A stretch of 64,000 nucleotides of DNA from contig CBDCXR010000004.1 in the NCBI GenBank assembly GCA_965223845.1, positions 1,984,001-2,048,000 on the forward strand. The letters are read 5' to 3'. The position numbers and the translations under genes were made by a program. The stretch is from Planctomycetota bacterium (lineage in GTDB: Bacteria; Planctomycetota; UBA8108; SXIK01). Numbering within the stretch: the stretch's first letter is position 1; each line of letters starts with the position of its first letter. Below the pieces are notes generated by a model that was not told where the DNA came from, did no database searches, and saw only the letters and a list, made by a program, of their open reading frames with translations. Below, in pieces: positions 42,182-50,932 of the stretch.

Positions 42182-42801
42182 CGGCGAACGAAGAATCGAG
42201 GTGCATCTCCTCGATCACGGCGCGCGGAGTCGCCGTACGCGGCGACGATATCGATACCGATCGGATCATCCCGGCTCGCTTTCTTCGCTGCGTGACGTTC
42301 GAAGGGCTCGGAGAGCACGCGTTCGAAGACGACCGGAAGGCGCTCGGCGGGAAGCACCCGTTCGACGACCCGCGCTTTGCAGGGGCGGGAATCCTCGTCG
42401 CCGGGAGCAACTTCGGCTGCGGATCTTCACGCGAACACGCGCCGCAGAGTCTGATGCGGTGGGGGATCGGGGGGATCGTCGGCGAATCGTTCGCCGAGAT
42501 CTTCTTCGGGAACTGCGTGTCGCTCGGCATTCCCTGCGTGCCCCTCTCCCGCGCGGAAATCGCCGCGATCCAGGACGAGGTCGAGCGCACGCCGAGTGGC
42601 GAGATCACGATCGATATCGAGTCGAGCGAAGTTCGCACACCGTCCGCGACCTACTCGGCGACGATTCCTTCCGGAGTACGGAAGGGGTTTCTCGACGGCA
42701 CGTGGGACGCGACGGGACTCCTCTGCGCCGGTCCCGACGAAGTGGCGCGAGTCGCCGCCAGCCTTCCCTACGTGGACGGATTCACGGACGGCCGCGACTA
42801 A
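42178..42801 (+). CDS. leuD: 3-isopropylmalate dehydratase small subunit
   Basis: [31 protein letters not shown]; ATGA overlap with leuC. Confidence 0.97.
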   Translation: MTANEESRCISSITARGVAVRGDDIDTDRIIPARFLRCVTFEGLGEHAFEDDRKALGGKHPFDDPRFAGAGILVAGSNFGCGSSREHAPQSLMRWGIGGIVGESFAEIFFGNCVSLGIPCVPLSRAEIAAIQDEVERTPSGEITIDIESSEVRTPSATYSATIPSGVRKGFLDGTWDATGLLCAGPDEVARVAASLPYVDGFTDGRD

Positions 42802-42846
42802 TTCGGCCGGCTCGCGGAGGCGGAACCCCGTGGAGCGGAGGATCGC

Positions 42847-44754
42847 ATGAGCAAAGCGACGATCGCCGCCGCGGTGTCGGTGCTCACGCTCACGCTGATC
42901 ACACTGCTAGCGCTCGACTGGCTGAACGGGGAGACCGATCAGCCCGCCTCCGAAGTTGACGGCGAACGTACGGCGACAACGAACGACGAAGGCGCGCCGG
43001 AGAGTGGTTCGCCGAGCGACGTCGAGTCGATTCCCGCGATCGGCGCCGCGAAGGAAGTGACGCGGCGACTCGACGCGGAGGGGAGCTCGACGAACGAGCC
43101 ACCGATCACGGAGATCGCTTCGGGGAAGTGCACGCTCACGGTGACGGTGGTCCGCGAAGACGGAACGCCCGCCGCCGGAACGATCGCCCGCCTCCTCCTC
43201 GGCCGGGCCGCGCGCTTCGTCGCTGTCGACGCGGGTGGAGTCGCGGTCTTCGCGGACATCGCAGCGGGGACGTACTCACTCGAGCTCGCGGCGGAAGACG
43301 CTCCCGTCCTCGAGCTCACGCGGGCGCTCGCCATCGCCGATGGCGCCGCGATCGAGCTCGATCTCGTTCTTCCCCGCTTCGATCTCGGCATCACGGGACG
43401 CGTCGTCGACGAGGCGGGAGCGACGGTAGCGGGGATTTCGATCGAGGCTCGACGCCAAAACCGGAACCGCCGGGAAGACGAGCTCGCCCCGACTCGATCG
43501 CAAGTCGGTCGTGCCGTGTCGGGGGAGGACGGAGCGTTCGCCATCGAAGGTCTTCGCGCCGGCGACTACACCCTCTCGACGAAACCGACGGACGTCTACG
43601 GACGCTCGGTCACCGTTCTCCGCGCGGGCATCGCCTCGGCCGAGCTCCGCGTGGGGAAACGCGTCGAGCTGACGATTCGAGGAGTCGTCGTCGACGAGAA
43701 TCGACTGCCGGTGGAAGGGGCGACCGTCCGCCCGCGCGGACTCATCGGCGGCGCGGCACCAACGGACGAGGAGGGACGATTCGAGCTCGAAGTCGAAGCT
43801 GCGCGCGGCGAAAGCGTCGGCGCCGTCGAAGTGACCGCAGACGGTTTTCAATCTGAGCGGGTCCACATCCCGGTCGGTCGCAATGCGAACGCGTCGAACG
43901 AATCTGGGGAGGACGTTCGCTCTGTCGAGGTCGTGCTCAGCGCTCTCGGGGAGACGACGACCGTCATCGGTTGGCTCTACGGACCCGAGGGCGAGCCGGT
44001 GAGCGGTGAGACCGTTTTTCTCTATTCGCCATCGCGAACCGCGAACTACCAAGCGTCCTCGAACGCCGACGGTCGCTTTCGGATCGACGCGGTCGAAATC
44101 GCGAACGACTATCGACTCTGGGTGTATCCGAAATCGCGCTACGCCGACCATCGCCTCGATCCCGTCGCCATCACCGGGGACGACACGACCATCGAGGTCG
44201 AGCTCCGTACGGCGCCCGTCGGCCGCGTCACCGGTTTTCTCATCGATCCGTCCGGCGCGCCGATCGGGGATTTTTCGCTCTGGGTCCGAAGCATGACGGC
44301 GCAGGGCGTCGCGGTCTCGATTCGATCCGGCCCCGATGGCCGCTTCGAGGCGAACGATGTTCCAGCCGGCGATCTCCTCTTTGAAACGCGCTCCGTACCG
44401 TTTTTTCGCGTGAAGGGATACCGTCTCGATCCGAATGGCGAAGTCGACGTACGCCTCCCCATCGACTGGGGCGCATCCGATCTGAGCGGTACCGTCACCG
44501 ACACGGAGGGAGCTCCGCTCGCCGCAGCGAAGGTCCAGCTTCACTGGAGCCACGATTCCGAGGGCGGGATCCGGTCGACGTCCTACCGCACGGCGCACAG
44601 CGATGCCGAGGGTAGGTTCATATTCCGTGAGCTCGGAACGGGCGTCCACCGCCTCACCGTGGCCGCGGACGGCTACCGCTCCGCGCAGCTCACTCATATC
44701 GTGGGTGAGAACGCCTCGCCGCCGACGGTGCGACTTCACGCGAAGGCACGCTGA
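42847..44754 (+). CDS. Membrane-anchored protein with carboxypeptidase-regulatory-like (prealbumin-fold) repeats
   Basis: GGAGG RBS; N-terminal TM; about 6 repeats of G.V.D..G.P..GA.V.....TD.DGRF. Confidence 0.8.
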   Translation: MSKATIAAAVSVLTLTLITLLALDWLNGETDQPASEVDGERTATTNDEGAPESGSPSDVESIPAIGAAKEVTRRLDAEGSSTNEPPITEIASGKCTLTVTVVREDGTPAAGTIARLLLGRAARFVAVDAGGVAVFADIAAGTYSLELAAEDAPVLELTRALAIADGAAIELDLVLPRFDLGITGRVVDEAGATVAGISIEARRQNRNRREDELAPTRSQVGRAVSGEDGAFAIEGLRAGDYTLSTKPTDVYGRSVTVLRAGIASAELRVGKRVELTIRGVVVDENRLPVEGATVRPRGLIGGAAPTDEEGRFELEVEAARGESVGAVEVTADGFQSERVHIPVGRNANASNESGEDVRSVEVVLSALGETTTVIGWLYGPEGEPVSGETVFLYSPSRTANYQASSNADGRFRIDAVEIANDYRLWVYPKSRYADHRLDPVAITGDDTTIEVELRTAPVGRVTGFLIDPSGAPIGDFSLWVRSMTAQGVAVSIRSGPDGRFEANDVPAGDLLFETRSVPFFRVKGYRLDPNGEVDVRLPIDWGASDLSGTVTDTEGAPLAAAKVQLHWSHDSEGGIRSTSYRTAHSDAEGRFIFRELGTGVHRLTVAADGYRSAQLTHIVGENASPPTVRLHAKAR

Positions 44755-44762
44755 GAGCGAGT

Positions 44763-45479
44763 TCAGCGGCCGTGGCGCTCGTTGTGCCGGCGATAGCGGC
44801 GCGCTTTTCGTGCGGCGGAGCGAACGAGTCGCCGTCTCTCCTCTCGCGACAAACCCGCGGCAGACGCGTAGCGTGCGAGAAACGCCCGAAGCGAGGAGCG
44901 AGGAAGTCCTTCGTACGCCGCGGAGTCGCCGAGAGACGCGAGATCCTTGACGATCCAGCGACGCCGGCGGAACGACCGCACTCGACCGACGTCGATCAGC
45001 CGGAGATCACCACCATCGACCAAAACGTGGTACACGTTGAGGTCGCGATGACAGATCCCCGCCCGATGAAGTCGCGCGACGCGTTCGGCGAGCTGAGCCG
45101 CTAGCGCGGCCGCCGACGCTTCGGAGCCCCCGCGCAGTGGCCACTCCGCCGCAGGAAACCCGGGCGCGTGACGAAGAACGATGAAGCTCCCGCGCGCATG
45201 CCGCCCCCAACCGACGGGATCGACCGTTTCGATTCCGAGCTCGGCGATGCGCCGCGCGTTCGTCCATTCGCGCGCCGCCGGCGCGAGTCGCCGCGAGTGA
45301 AAGAACCACTTGAGGTGATAGGCGCCGGTTCGCTCCCAGACCGCATTCCAGTGGGAACGCCTGCGCTGCGTGACGTTCCAGTCGGTAAGACTCTCGTCGA
45401 GCGGAGGAGCGTCGCTCTCTCGTTCGATCCAATCGATCACGCACGCGGCCCTCCGGTGCCGCGCGAGCTCCCTACTCAA
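44763..45479 (-). CDS. Lipopolysaccharide kinase (Kdo/WaaP/InaA) family protein
   Basis: YHLKWF, AAREW, LHRAGICHRDLNVYHVL, LIDVGR, KDLASL; TTG start overlaps the upstream stop (TTGA). Confidence 0.82.
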   Translation of the reverse strand: MSRELARHRRAACVIDWIERESDAPPLDESLTDWNVTQRRRSHWNAVWERTGAYHLKWFFHSRRLAPAAREWTNARRIAELGIETVDPVGWGRHARGSFIVLRHAPGFPAAEWPLRGGSEASAAALAAQLAERVARLHRAGICHRDLNVYHVLVDGGDLRLIDVGRVRSFRRRRWIVKDLASLGDSAAYEGLPRSSLRAFLARYASAAGLSREERRRLVRSAARKARRYRRHNERHGR

Positions 45480-47827
45480 AACGACAGCCAAGCCGATTCG
45501 AGATCGGAAAGCTCGCTCGAGATGGTCGCTGCGCGCTCGTTCGATCCGACGCGCGCGAGCGCGCGCAACGCCTCGATTCGAAAGTAGACATCGGTCGCAG
45601 CGGAGCGCAATTCGGCTGATAAAGAAAGCGCGGGCACCGAGCTCGGCGCCGCCCAGCGCGCGACGCTCGCCCACCGCAGCGCCTCTCGTCGTTCGCCGAT
45701 TGCCGCGTAGAGGCGCGCGAGCTCGAGATACGCCAGCGCGGTTCCCGGCCAGACGGACTGGGCGACGCGCCTCCGCGCATCGCGAATCTTCGCGCGAATC
45801 GGTGGCGCGCTCTCCACCGCCGAGGTGGACGCCGCGCGATCCGGTGAAGCGACCTCTCCAGCGCGCTGCGCGAGCGCCAGACGCGCGCGATGGAAGACCT
45901 CCGCCGCGCGATCCGATTCGGGCACGCTTCGCAGGAGCCCGGCCGCCTCGGCGCGCGCTGCGTCGCCCTCTCCCCCGGCGGCGAGCGCCCAGGCGAGCCA
46001 GAGATCACCGCGCCACGACGCCCAACGCTTATCGCCCGCACTCACTCGCCGGAGCGCTGCGAGCGCCCCGCGCGGATCTCCGGCCAGGAGAAGCGCGCGC
46101 CCGAGCGTGAACGCCGCCTCCCCGTCCGGCTGGTCGATGGTCGCGAGGACGGCCGCGGCATCCGCCGGCCGGAGATCAACGAGGAGGGCGCGCGCTAGGC
46201 GTTCCTTCCAGACGACTCGCCCGGGTTGCGCCGATGCGATGTCGTTCAGGGTGTCGACGCCTCGCGCCCCTCCACGCGCGATCTCGCCGAGGGCTCGGCG
46301 CGCGCTCACGTCGAGGTGCTCTGCTCCGACGAGCGCGGCCGCGTGGTCGAGAACTCGCCTCGCGTCCGCGACGCGAAGAGCGTCGAGATACAGATCAGCG
46401 AGCGCGAATACCGCGCGTGGATCTCGCTTGAGGGAAGCCGACCGGAGCGTCGACTCGGCTCGCTCGAAATCGAGCCGGAGCGCGTAGCCACGCGAGCGGC
46501 TGACCGCGGCGCTCCCGATCGCACCCGTCGCCTCGAGCTCGAGGCCCCGCCGAATTTCGCGCTCGCTCGCGGCGAGAGACTCGGCTTGAGCGAACATCGC
46601 GCGCGCGTCGTCCGTCCGGCCGAGCCGTGCGAGGCACAAGCCGAGCTGATAATACGCGCGCTCGAAGTACGGATCCTCGGCGAGCAGCCGTGCGAAGCGC
46701 CGAGCCGCCGCGCTCCACTCGCGCTGCTTCGATCGCGCGAGCCCGAGGGCAAACCACACCTCCGATCGATTCGCGCTCTCGTTCTCGACGGCCTCGAGAA
46801 GCGGAATCGCCTCGTCGTACCGGCCGAGCTCGACGAGCGCGACACCCTCGGCCATCCTCGCCTCCCCGAGCGCCGGATCTCGCTCGCGAAAGTAGCGCGC
46901 GACCTCCGCGAGGCGCGGATAGGCACGGAAGCGGTGGAGGACCTTGATCGAATTGCCGAGAAACGCTCGCCCCTCGGGGTGCTCCCACGTGAGGGGGGAT
47001 GGGAACGCGAGCAGACGGAGCCCCTCCTCGACGGCCTGAAGCGCGATCGCGCGCGCGCCGCCACGGAAGCTGGTCTCCGCCAGCCAGTACCTCGGCTCGA
47101 GCCACCGCGGAAACTCGTCCGCGAGCGAACGGAGGGCGTCCCCGGCGTCTCTCCAACGCTGAAGTTCGTAGAGCACCTTCGCGCGAAGGAGTCGGTGCTC
47201 GACGTCCTTCGGAAACGCCCGAAGCCACCCCTCGAGGCGACCGAGGACGCGGCGATGGTCGCCCGCGTCCAGCGCGCTCGCGAGGCTCTCGAGATGGTAC
47301 GGGCCGAGCTCGCGGACGAGGAGACCGCGCCGTTCGGCGTCCGCGAGCGCACGCGCGAGTTCCGCGTCGGCCTGCGTCCGCTCTCGAGTGTCGCGGGCCC
47401 GGTCTCGCCGCTCCCGCGCGGATGCGAACGCCGACGCAACGGCCTCCACCACCTCCGGCGGCGCCCCCTCCGGCCACGGAATCGAGCCGATCGGAACGAC
47501 GTCGCGTAGGGGCGAGGTCGCGGTCGGCCGCGCCGGCACGGGCCGGGGCGTCGCGCGGGGATCCGAGTCGCGCGGAGAACACGCGACCTCGAAGAAGATG
47601 AGTCCGGCGAGCGCGGCGACGAGCCGTGAGGAGCGTCCCGGCGTGCCGGACGCCGAACGGCCCCCGAAGCGACACCGGACCCGCGGCGCGTATCGCTCTC
47701 GCTCGGCGAACGGTAGGTCGCGAGCCTCGATCAGCACGCGGGCTCGAACGCGGCGCGGACGAATCGCCCTTCGCCACCGTTCCTCGCCGTTCGCAGCGCA
47801 GCCCGAGTTGACCCGGAAATCCCGCAC
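45476..47827 (-). CDS. TPR repeat protein (probable lipoprotein)
   Basis: Hydrophobic stretch ending FFEVAC; TPRs (EVWFALGLA, AYYQLGLCLARLGR); start uncertain. Confidence 0.75.
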   Translation of the reverse strand: MRDFRVNSGCAANGEERWRRAIRPRRVRARVLIEARDLPFAERERYAPRVRCRFGGRSASGTPGRSSRLVAALAGLIFFEVACSPRDSDPRATPRPVPARPTATSPLRDVVPIGSIPWPEGAPPEVVEAVASAFASARERRDRARDTRERTQADAELARALADAERRGLLVRELGPYHLESLASALDAGDHRRVLGRLEGWLRAFPKDVEHRLLRAKVLYELQRWRDAGDALRSLADEFPRWLEPRYWLAETSFRGGARAIALQAVEEGLRLLAFPSPLTWEHPEGRAFLGNSIKVLHRFRAYPRLAEVARYFRERDPALGEARMAEGVALVELGRYDEAIPLLEAVENESANRSEVWFALGLARSKQREWSAAARRFARLLAEDPYFERAYYQLGLCLARLGRTDDARAMFAQAESLAASEREIRRGLELEATGAIGSAAVSRSRGYALRLDFERAESTLRSASLKRDPRAVFALADLYLDALRVADARRVLDHAAALVGAEHLDVSARRALGEIARGGARGVDTLNDIASAQPGRVVWKERLARALLVDLRPADAAAVLATIDQPDGEAAFTLGRALLLAGDPRGALAALRRVSAGDKRWASWRGDLWLAWALAAGGEGDAARAEAAGLLRSVPESDRAAEVFHRARLALAQRAGEVASPDRAASTSAVESAPPIRAKIRDARRRVAQSVWPGTALAYLELARLYAAIGERREALRWASVARWAAPSSVPALSLSAELRSAATDVYFRIEALRALARVGSNERAATISSELSDLESAWLSF

Positions 47828-47843
47828 GCCGATCGCGCCTCCC

Positions 47844-49538
47844 TCAGGGCGACTCCGCTCGACCGCGTCCTTCGTGGAGAACGTGCACCGAGCGCGCGGC
47901 AAAGCTCCCGAACGACTCCGTCTTCCCATTCGGCCACCGGACTCGCACGCGGTCGACTTTCTCCACCGTCCCGAGACCGAAGTGGAGACGCAGCGAGTTC
48001 TGCGACAGATAGCTCGCCCCGGCGCGCACGGTGTCCGAAGCTCTGAGCTCGCCCGCTTCGATCGAAACCCGCGCGCCTATGGCGTGGCGATTCTTCACGC
48101 CGCGAAGCTCGAGGAGAATCCACGCACCGCGATTCCCGCCGTCATTGATGAGAACGCTCGGCCGTTCCCGCGAATTGCAGACGACGATGTCGAGATCGCC
48201 GTCGCCGTCGAGGTCACCGAACGCAGCGCCGCGACTCGAGCGGAGCTCTCGTAACCCCGGGCCCGCGGTGTCGGTGACCTCCTGCATCGATCCGTCCCCT
48301 CGATTCTCGAACAACTGGTTCTGTTGCCGATACGTGGACGACTGATCGTACCGATCGATCTGGTCTTCGAGGTGTCCGTTCGCGATGAAGAGATCGAGAT
48401 CCCCATCGTGATCGAAGTCAAAGAACTTCGTTCCCCAGCTCACCATCGGGAGACAGGTCTCGCCGAGACCTCGGCCCATCCCGGAATCGACGTAAAACCG
48501 ATCGCTCTCGTGCAGGTAGAACGCGTTCAATTGTTTTTGGTAGTTGGTGACGAAGACGTCCTCGAACCCGTCGCCGTCGACATCGCGGACGTCGACGCCC
48601 ATGCTGCCCTGTTCATCTCCGTTCACGCTGAGCGCCATGCCCCACTCGAGCCCCACGTTCTCGAACGTGCCGTCCCGTCGATTTCGCCACAGGAAGTTCT
48701 CGCTCCCGTCGTTCGCTACGTAGAGGTCGGGCCAGCCGTCGTCGTCGAAATCGGCGATGGTGACGCCCATACCTCGGCCGCTCGCGACGGCCGAGATGCC
48801 GGCCGCCTCCGTCACGTCCTCGAAGGTTCCATCCCCTCGATTGCGAAAGAGCGAATCGCCGGCAGGGGCGTACTGCGCCGGAGCGCAGTAACCGGGAACG
48901 CCGTTGTTGAGGCAAGGCTTCGCGCTGGCGAAATCCTGGACGCAGTAATTCGTCACGTAGAGATCGAGATCGCCGTCTCGGTCCATGTCGAAGAAGGTCG
49001 CGCCGGCGCTGAAGCGCGCGTCGTCGGCGCCCGCAGCGGCGGGGAGCGGGGAAAACGAGTAGCCCGCGTCGGCACCATCGTTGCGGTAGAGGACGTTGCT
49101 CCCGTACTGGCACACATATAGGTCGAGATCGCCGTCGCCGTCGATGTCACCGGCCACTGCGCCCGAAGCGAATCCCGTTCCCGGAACACCCCGCAGCTCG
49201 GTGACGTCGCGGAATCGACCGCGTCCGTCGTTTTCGTAGAGCGCGTTCCGCGCGCTCGAGTCTGTGGAGGGGGCGGGAGGGAGGGGACGGCCGTTCGGGA
49301 AGTAGAGATCGAGATCGCCGTCGCCGTCGAAGTCGAAGAGAACGACTCCCGAGGCGAGTGTCTCCACGATGTAGTAGCGCCCGGAGCTGCCGTCGGTGTG
49401 CTGCAGATCGACTCCGCGCGCTGCGCCCTCCTCGCGAAAGAGGACCTTGTCCGCGCTGCCGCCGGAACGATCGCCCGTGCAGGCAGTGGTGACGAGTGCG
49501 GCGGCCCACGCGAGAGTGGGAATCCGAAGGATCTTCAT
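47844..49538 (-). CDS. CRTAC1/ASPIC-UnbV family FG-GAP repeat lipoprotein
   Basis: Lipobox TTAC; repeated D.D.DGDLDLY; SRGAAFGDLDGDGDLDIVV; C-terminal AIGARV...SYLSQ...LHFGLG...VRWPNG. Confidence 0.92.
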   Translation of the reverse strand: MKILRIPTLAWAAALVTTACTGDRSGGSADKVLFREEGAARGVDLQHTDGSSGRYYIVETLASGVVLFDFDGDGDLDLYFPNGRPLPPAPSTDSSARNALYENDGRGRFRDVTELRGVPGTGFASGAVAGDIDGDGDLDLYVCQYGSNVLYRNDGADAGYSFSPLPAAAGADDARFSAGATFFDMDRDGDLDLYVTNYCVQDFASAKPCLNNGVPGYCAPAQYAPAGDSLFRNRGDGTFEDVTEAAGISAVASGRGMGVTIADFDDDGWPDLYVANDGSENFLWRNRRDGTFENVGLEWGMALSVNGDEQGSMGVDVRDVDGDGFEDVFVTNYQKQLNAFYLHESDRFYVDSGMGRGLGETCLPMVSWGTKFFDFDHDGDLDLFIANGHLEDQIDRYDQSSTYRQQNQLFENRGDGSMQEVTDTAGPGLRELRSSRGAAFGDLDGDGDLDIVVCNSRERPSVLINDGGNRGAWILLELRGVKNRHAIGARVSIEAGELRASDTVRAGASYLSQNSLRLHFGLGTVEKVDRVRVRWPNGKTESFGSFAARSVHVLHEGRGRAESP

Positions 49539-50932
49539 CGCGTCCCTCCCCCGTAGCGCCGGCGAAACTCGGCCAGGCGGAACTTCAACATCTCCGAAGC
49601 GGGATGGCGTGCGACCCCGTCGGCGAGAGTTTTCTCGGCGAGGTCCGGCCGCCTAGTGCGAACGTAGGCGAGCGCGAGAACATCGAAGTACTTCTCTTCC
49701 GGAGAAATCTTCACCGCGCGCTCGGCGTGCTCCAGCGCGAGGTTCACGCGCCCGTCGTTCGGCAGATCGAAAAAGAGGACCCGCGCGATTTGAAAGTGTG
49801 CCTCGTGGAAGTTCGGAGAACGCCGCACCGCCTCGAGGAGGAGATCGAGCGCACTCTGTACTCGCCGCGGCGCGTCATCGCCCGCCCGCGCGAGCTCGAG
49901 CTCGAGGAGGGCCGAGCGATAGGGCCAGGTGCCGTCATCCGGGAGTTTCTCCGCCGCGCGAGTCGTCACGGCGAGCGCGTCGGTGAGTCGCCGGTCACGG
50001 TGGAGCATCGCGCTCAGCATCTCCCAGACTTCCGGATCGGATTCGTCGAGTGCAAGCGCTTCGCGGAGAGCAGCGTGCGCGTGTCGAGTGAATTCCCCGG
50101 CGAGCGCCGCGTCGCGTGTCGCCCCGGCTTCGCCGAGAAAGAGATCCGCCGCGTCGCGCCACGTCGCCGCAGCGGCGCGAAGACGCGTCGGGCGATCGTC
50201 CTTCACGGCGGGCGCCTCGCTCACCGCGCGGTAATCTTCGTCCTTGATGGAGCGAAACTCGGTCATCGCCTTCTCGGCCTCCTCCGTTCGTCCGAGCACT
50301 CGGAGGCTGCGGGCGAGGCCGTAGTGGGCGCTGCGCATCGCGGAGTCCTCGGCGATCGCCTTTCGGTACGCCGAGACGGCCTTCTCGTGGTCGCCGAGAC
50401 TCCCGTACGCCTGCCCGAGCGAGTAGAAGGTTTCGGGATTGGCCGACTCGTTTCGCTCCTCCTCTTCGAAGATCCGAACCGCATCGAGCGCTCGATCTTG
50501 GTGAAGCAGAATCAGTCCGATGCGCGTTCGGATTCCGCCCATGCGCGGCGCGACGCGGAGAGCCTGCTCGTACGCAGCCACCGCTTCGTTCATTTGGTTC
50601 TTTCGCTGCGAAAGTAGAAACCCGATTTTCCGGTAGGCGATGGCGAGTCCTGGGTCCCGCTCGACCGCCTCGCGGAACGCGAGGAGCGCCTCCTCCTCGA
50701 TCCCGAACCGCTCGTGGACGAGTCCGAAGTGGTACCGGGATCGCGGCGTTTCGCCCACACGCAGCGCAGCCTTTGTAGCCACCGCGAGGGAGTAGACGTA
50801 GAGATCGTCCTTGGGCGGCAGCGGGTCGTCGACGCTGGGGCCGCAGCCGAGGGGAACCGAGAGGATGAGACCGGCGACGAGCGCGCGGCTGCGGCTTCGA
50901 CGCCGAGAGCGGTGGGGGAGCCGGGGATTCAT
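49535..50932 (-). CDS. TPR repeat lipoprotein
   Basis: Lipobox PLGC; tandem TPRs; ATGA overlaps on both sides. Confidence 0.85.
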   Translation of the reverse strand: MNPRLPHRSRRRSRSRALVAGLILSVPLGCGPSVDDPLPPKDDLYVYSLAVATKAALRVGETPRSRYHFGLVHERFGIEEEALLAFREAVERDPGLAIAYRKIGFLLSQRKNQMNEAVAAYEQALRVAPRMGGIRTRIGLILLHQDRALDAVRIFEEEERNESANPETFYSLGQAYGSLGDHEKAVSAYRKAIAEDSAMRSAHYGLARSLRVLGRTEEAEKAMTEFRSIKDEDYRAVSEAPAVKDDRPTRLRAAAATWRDAADLFLGEAGATRDAALAGEFTRHAHAALREALALDESDPEVWEMLSAMLHRDRRLTDALAVTTRAAEKLPDDGTWPYRSALLELELARAGDDAPRRVQSALDLLLEAVRRSPNFHEAHFQIARVLFFDLPNDGRVNLALEHAERAVKISPEEKYFDVLALAYVRTRRPDLAEKTLADGVARHPASEMLKFRLAEFRRRYGGGTR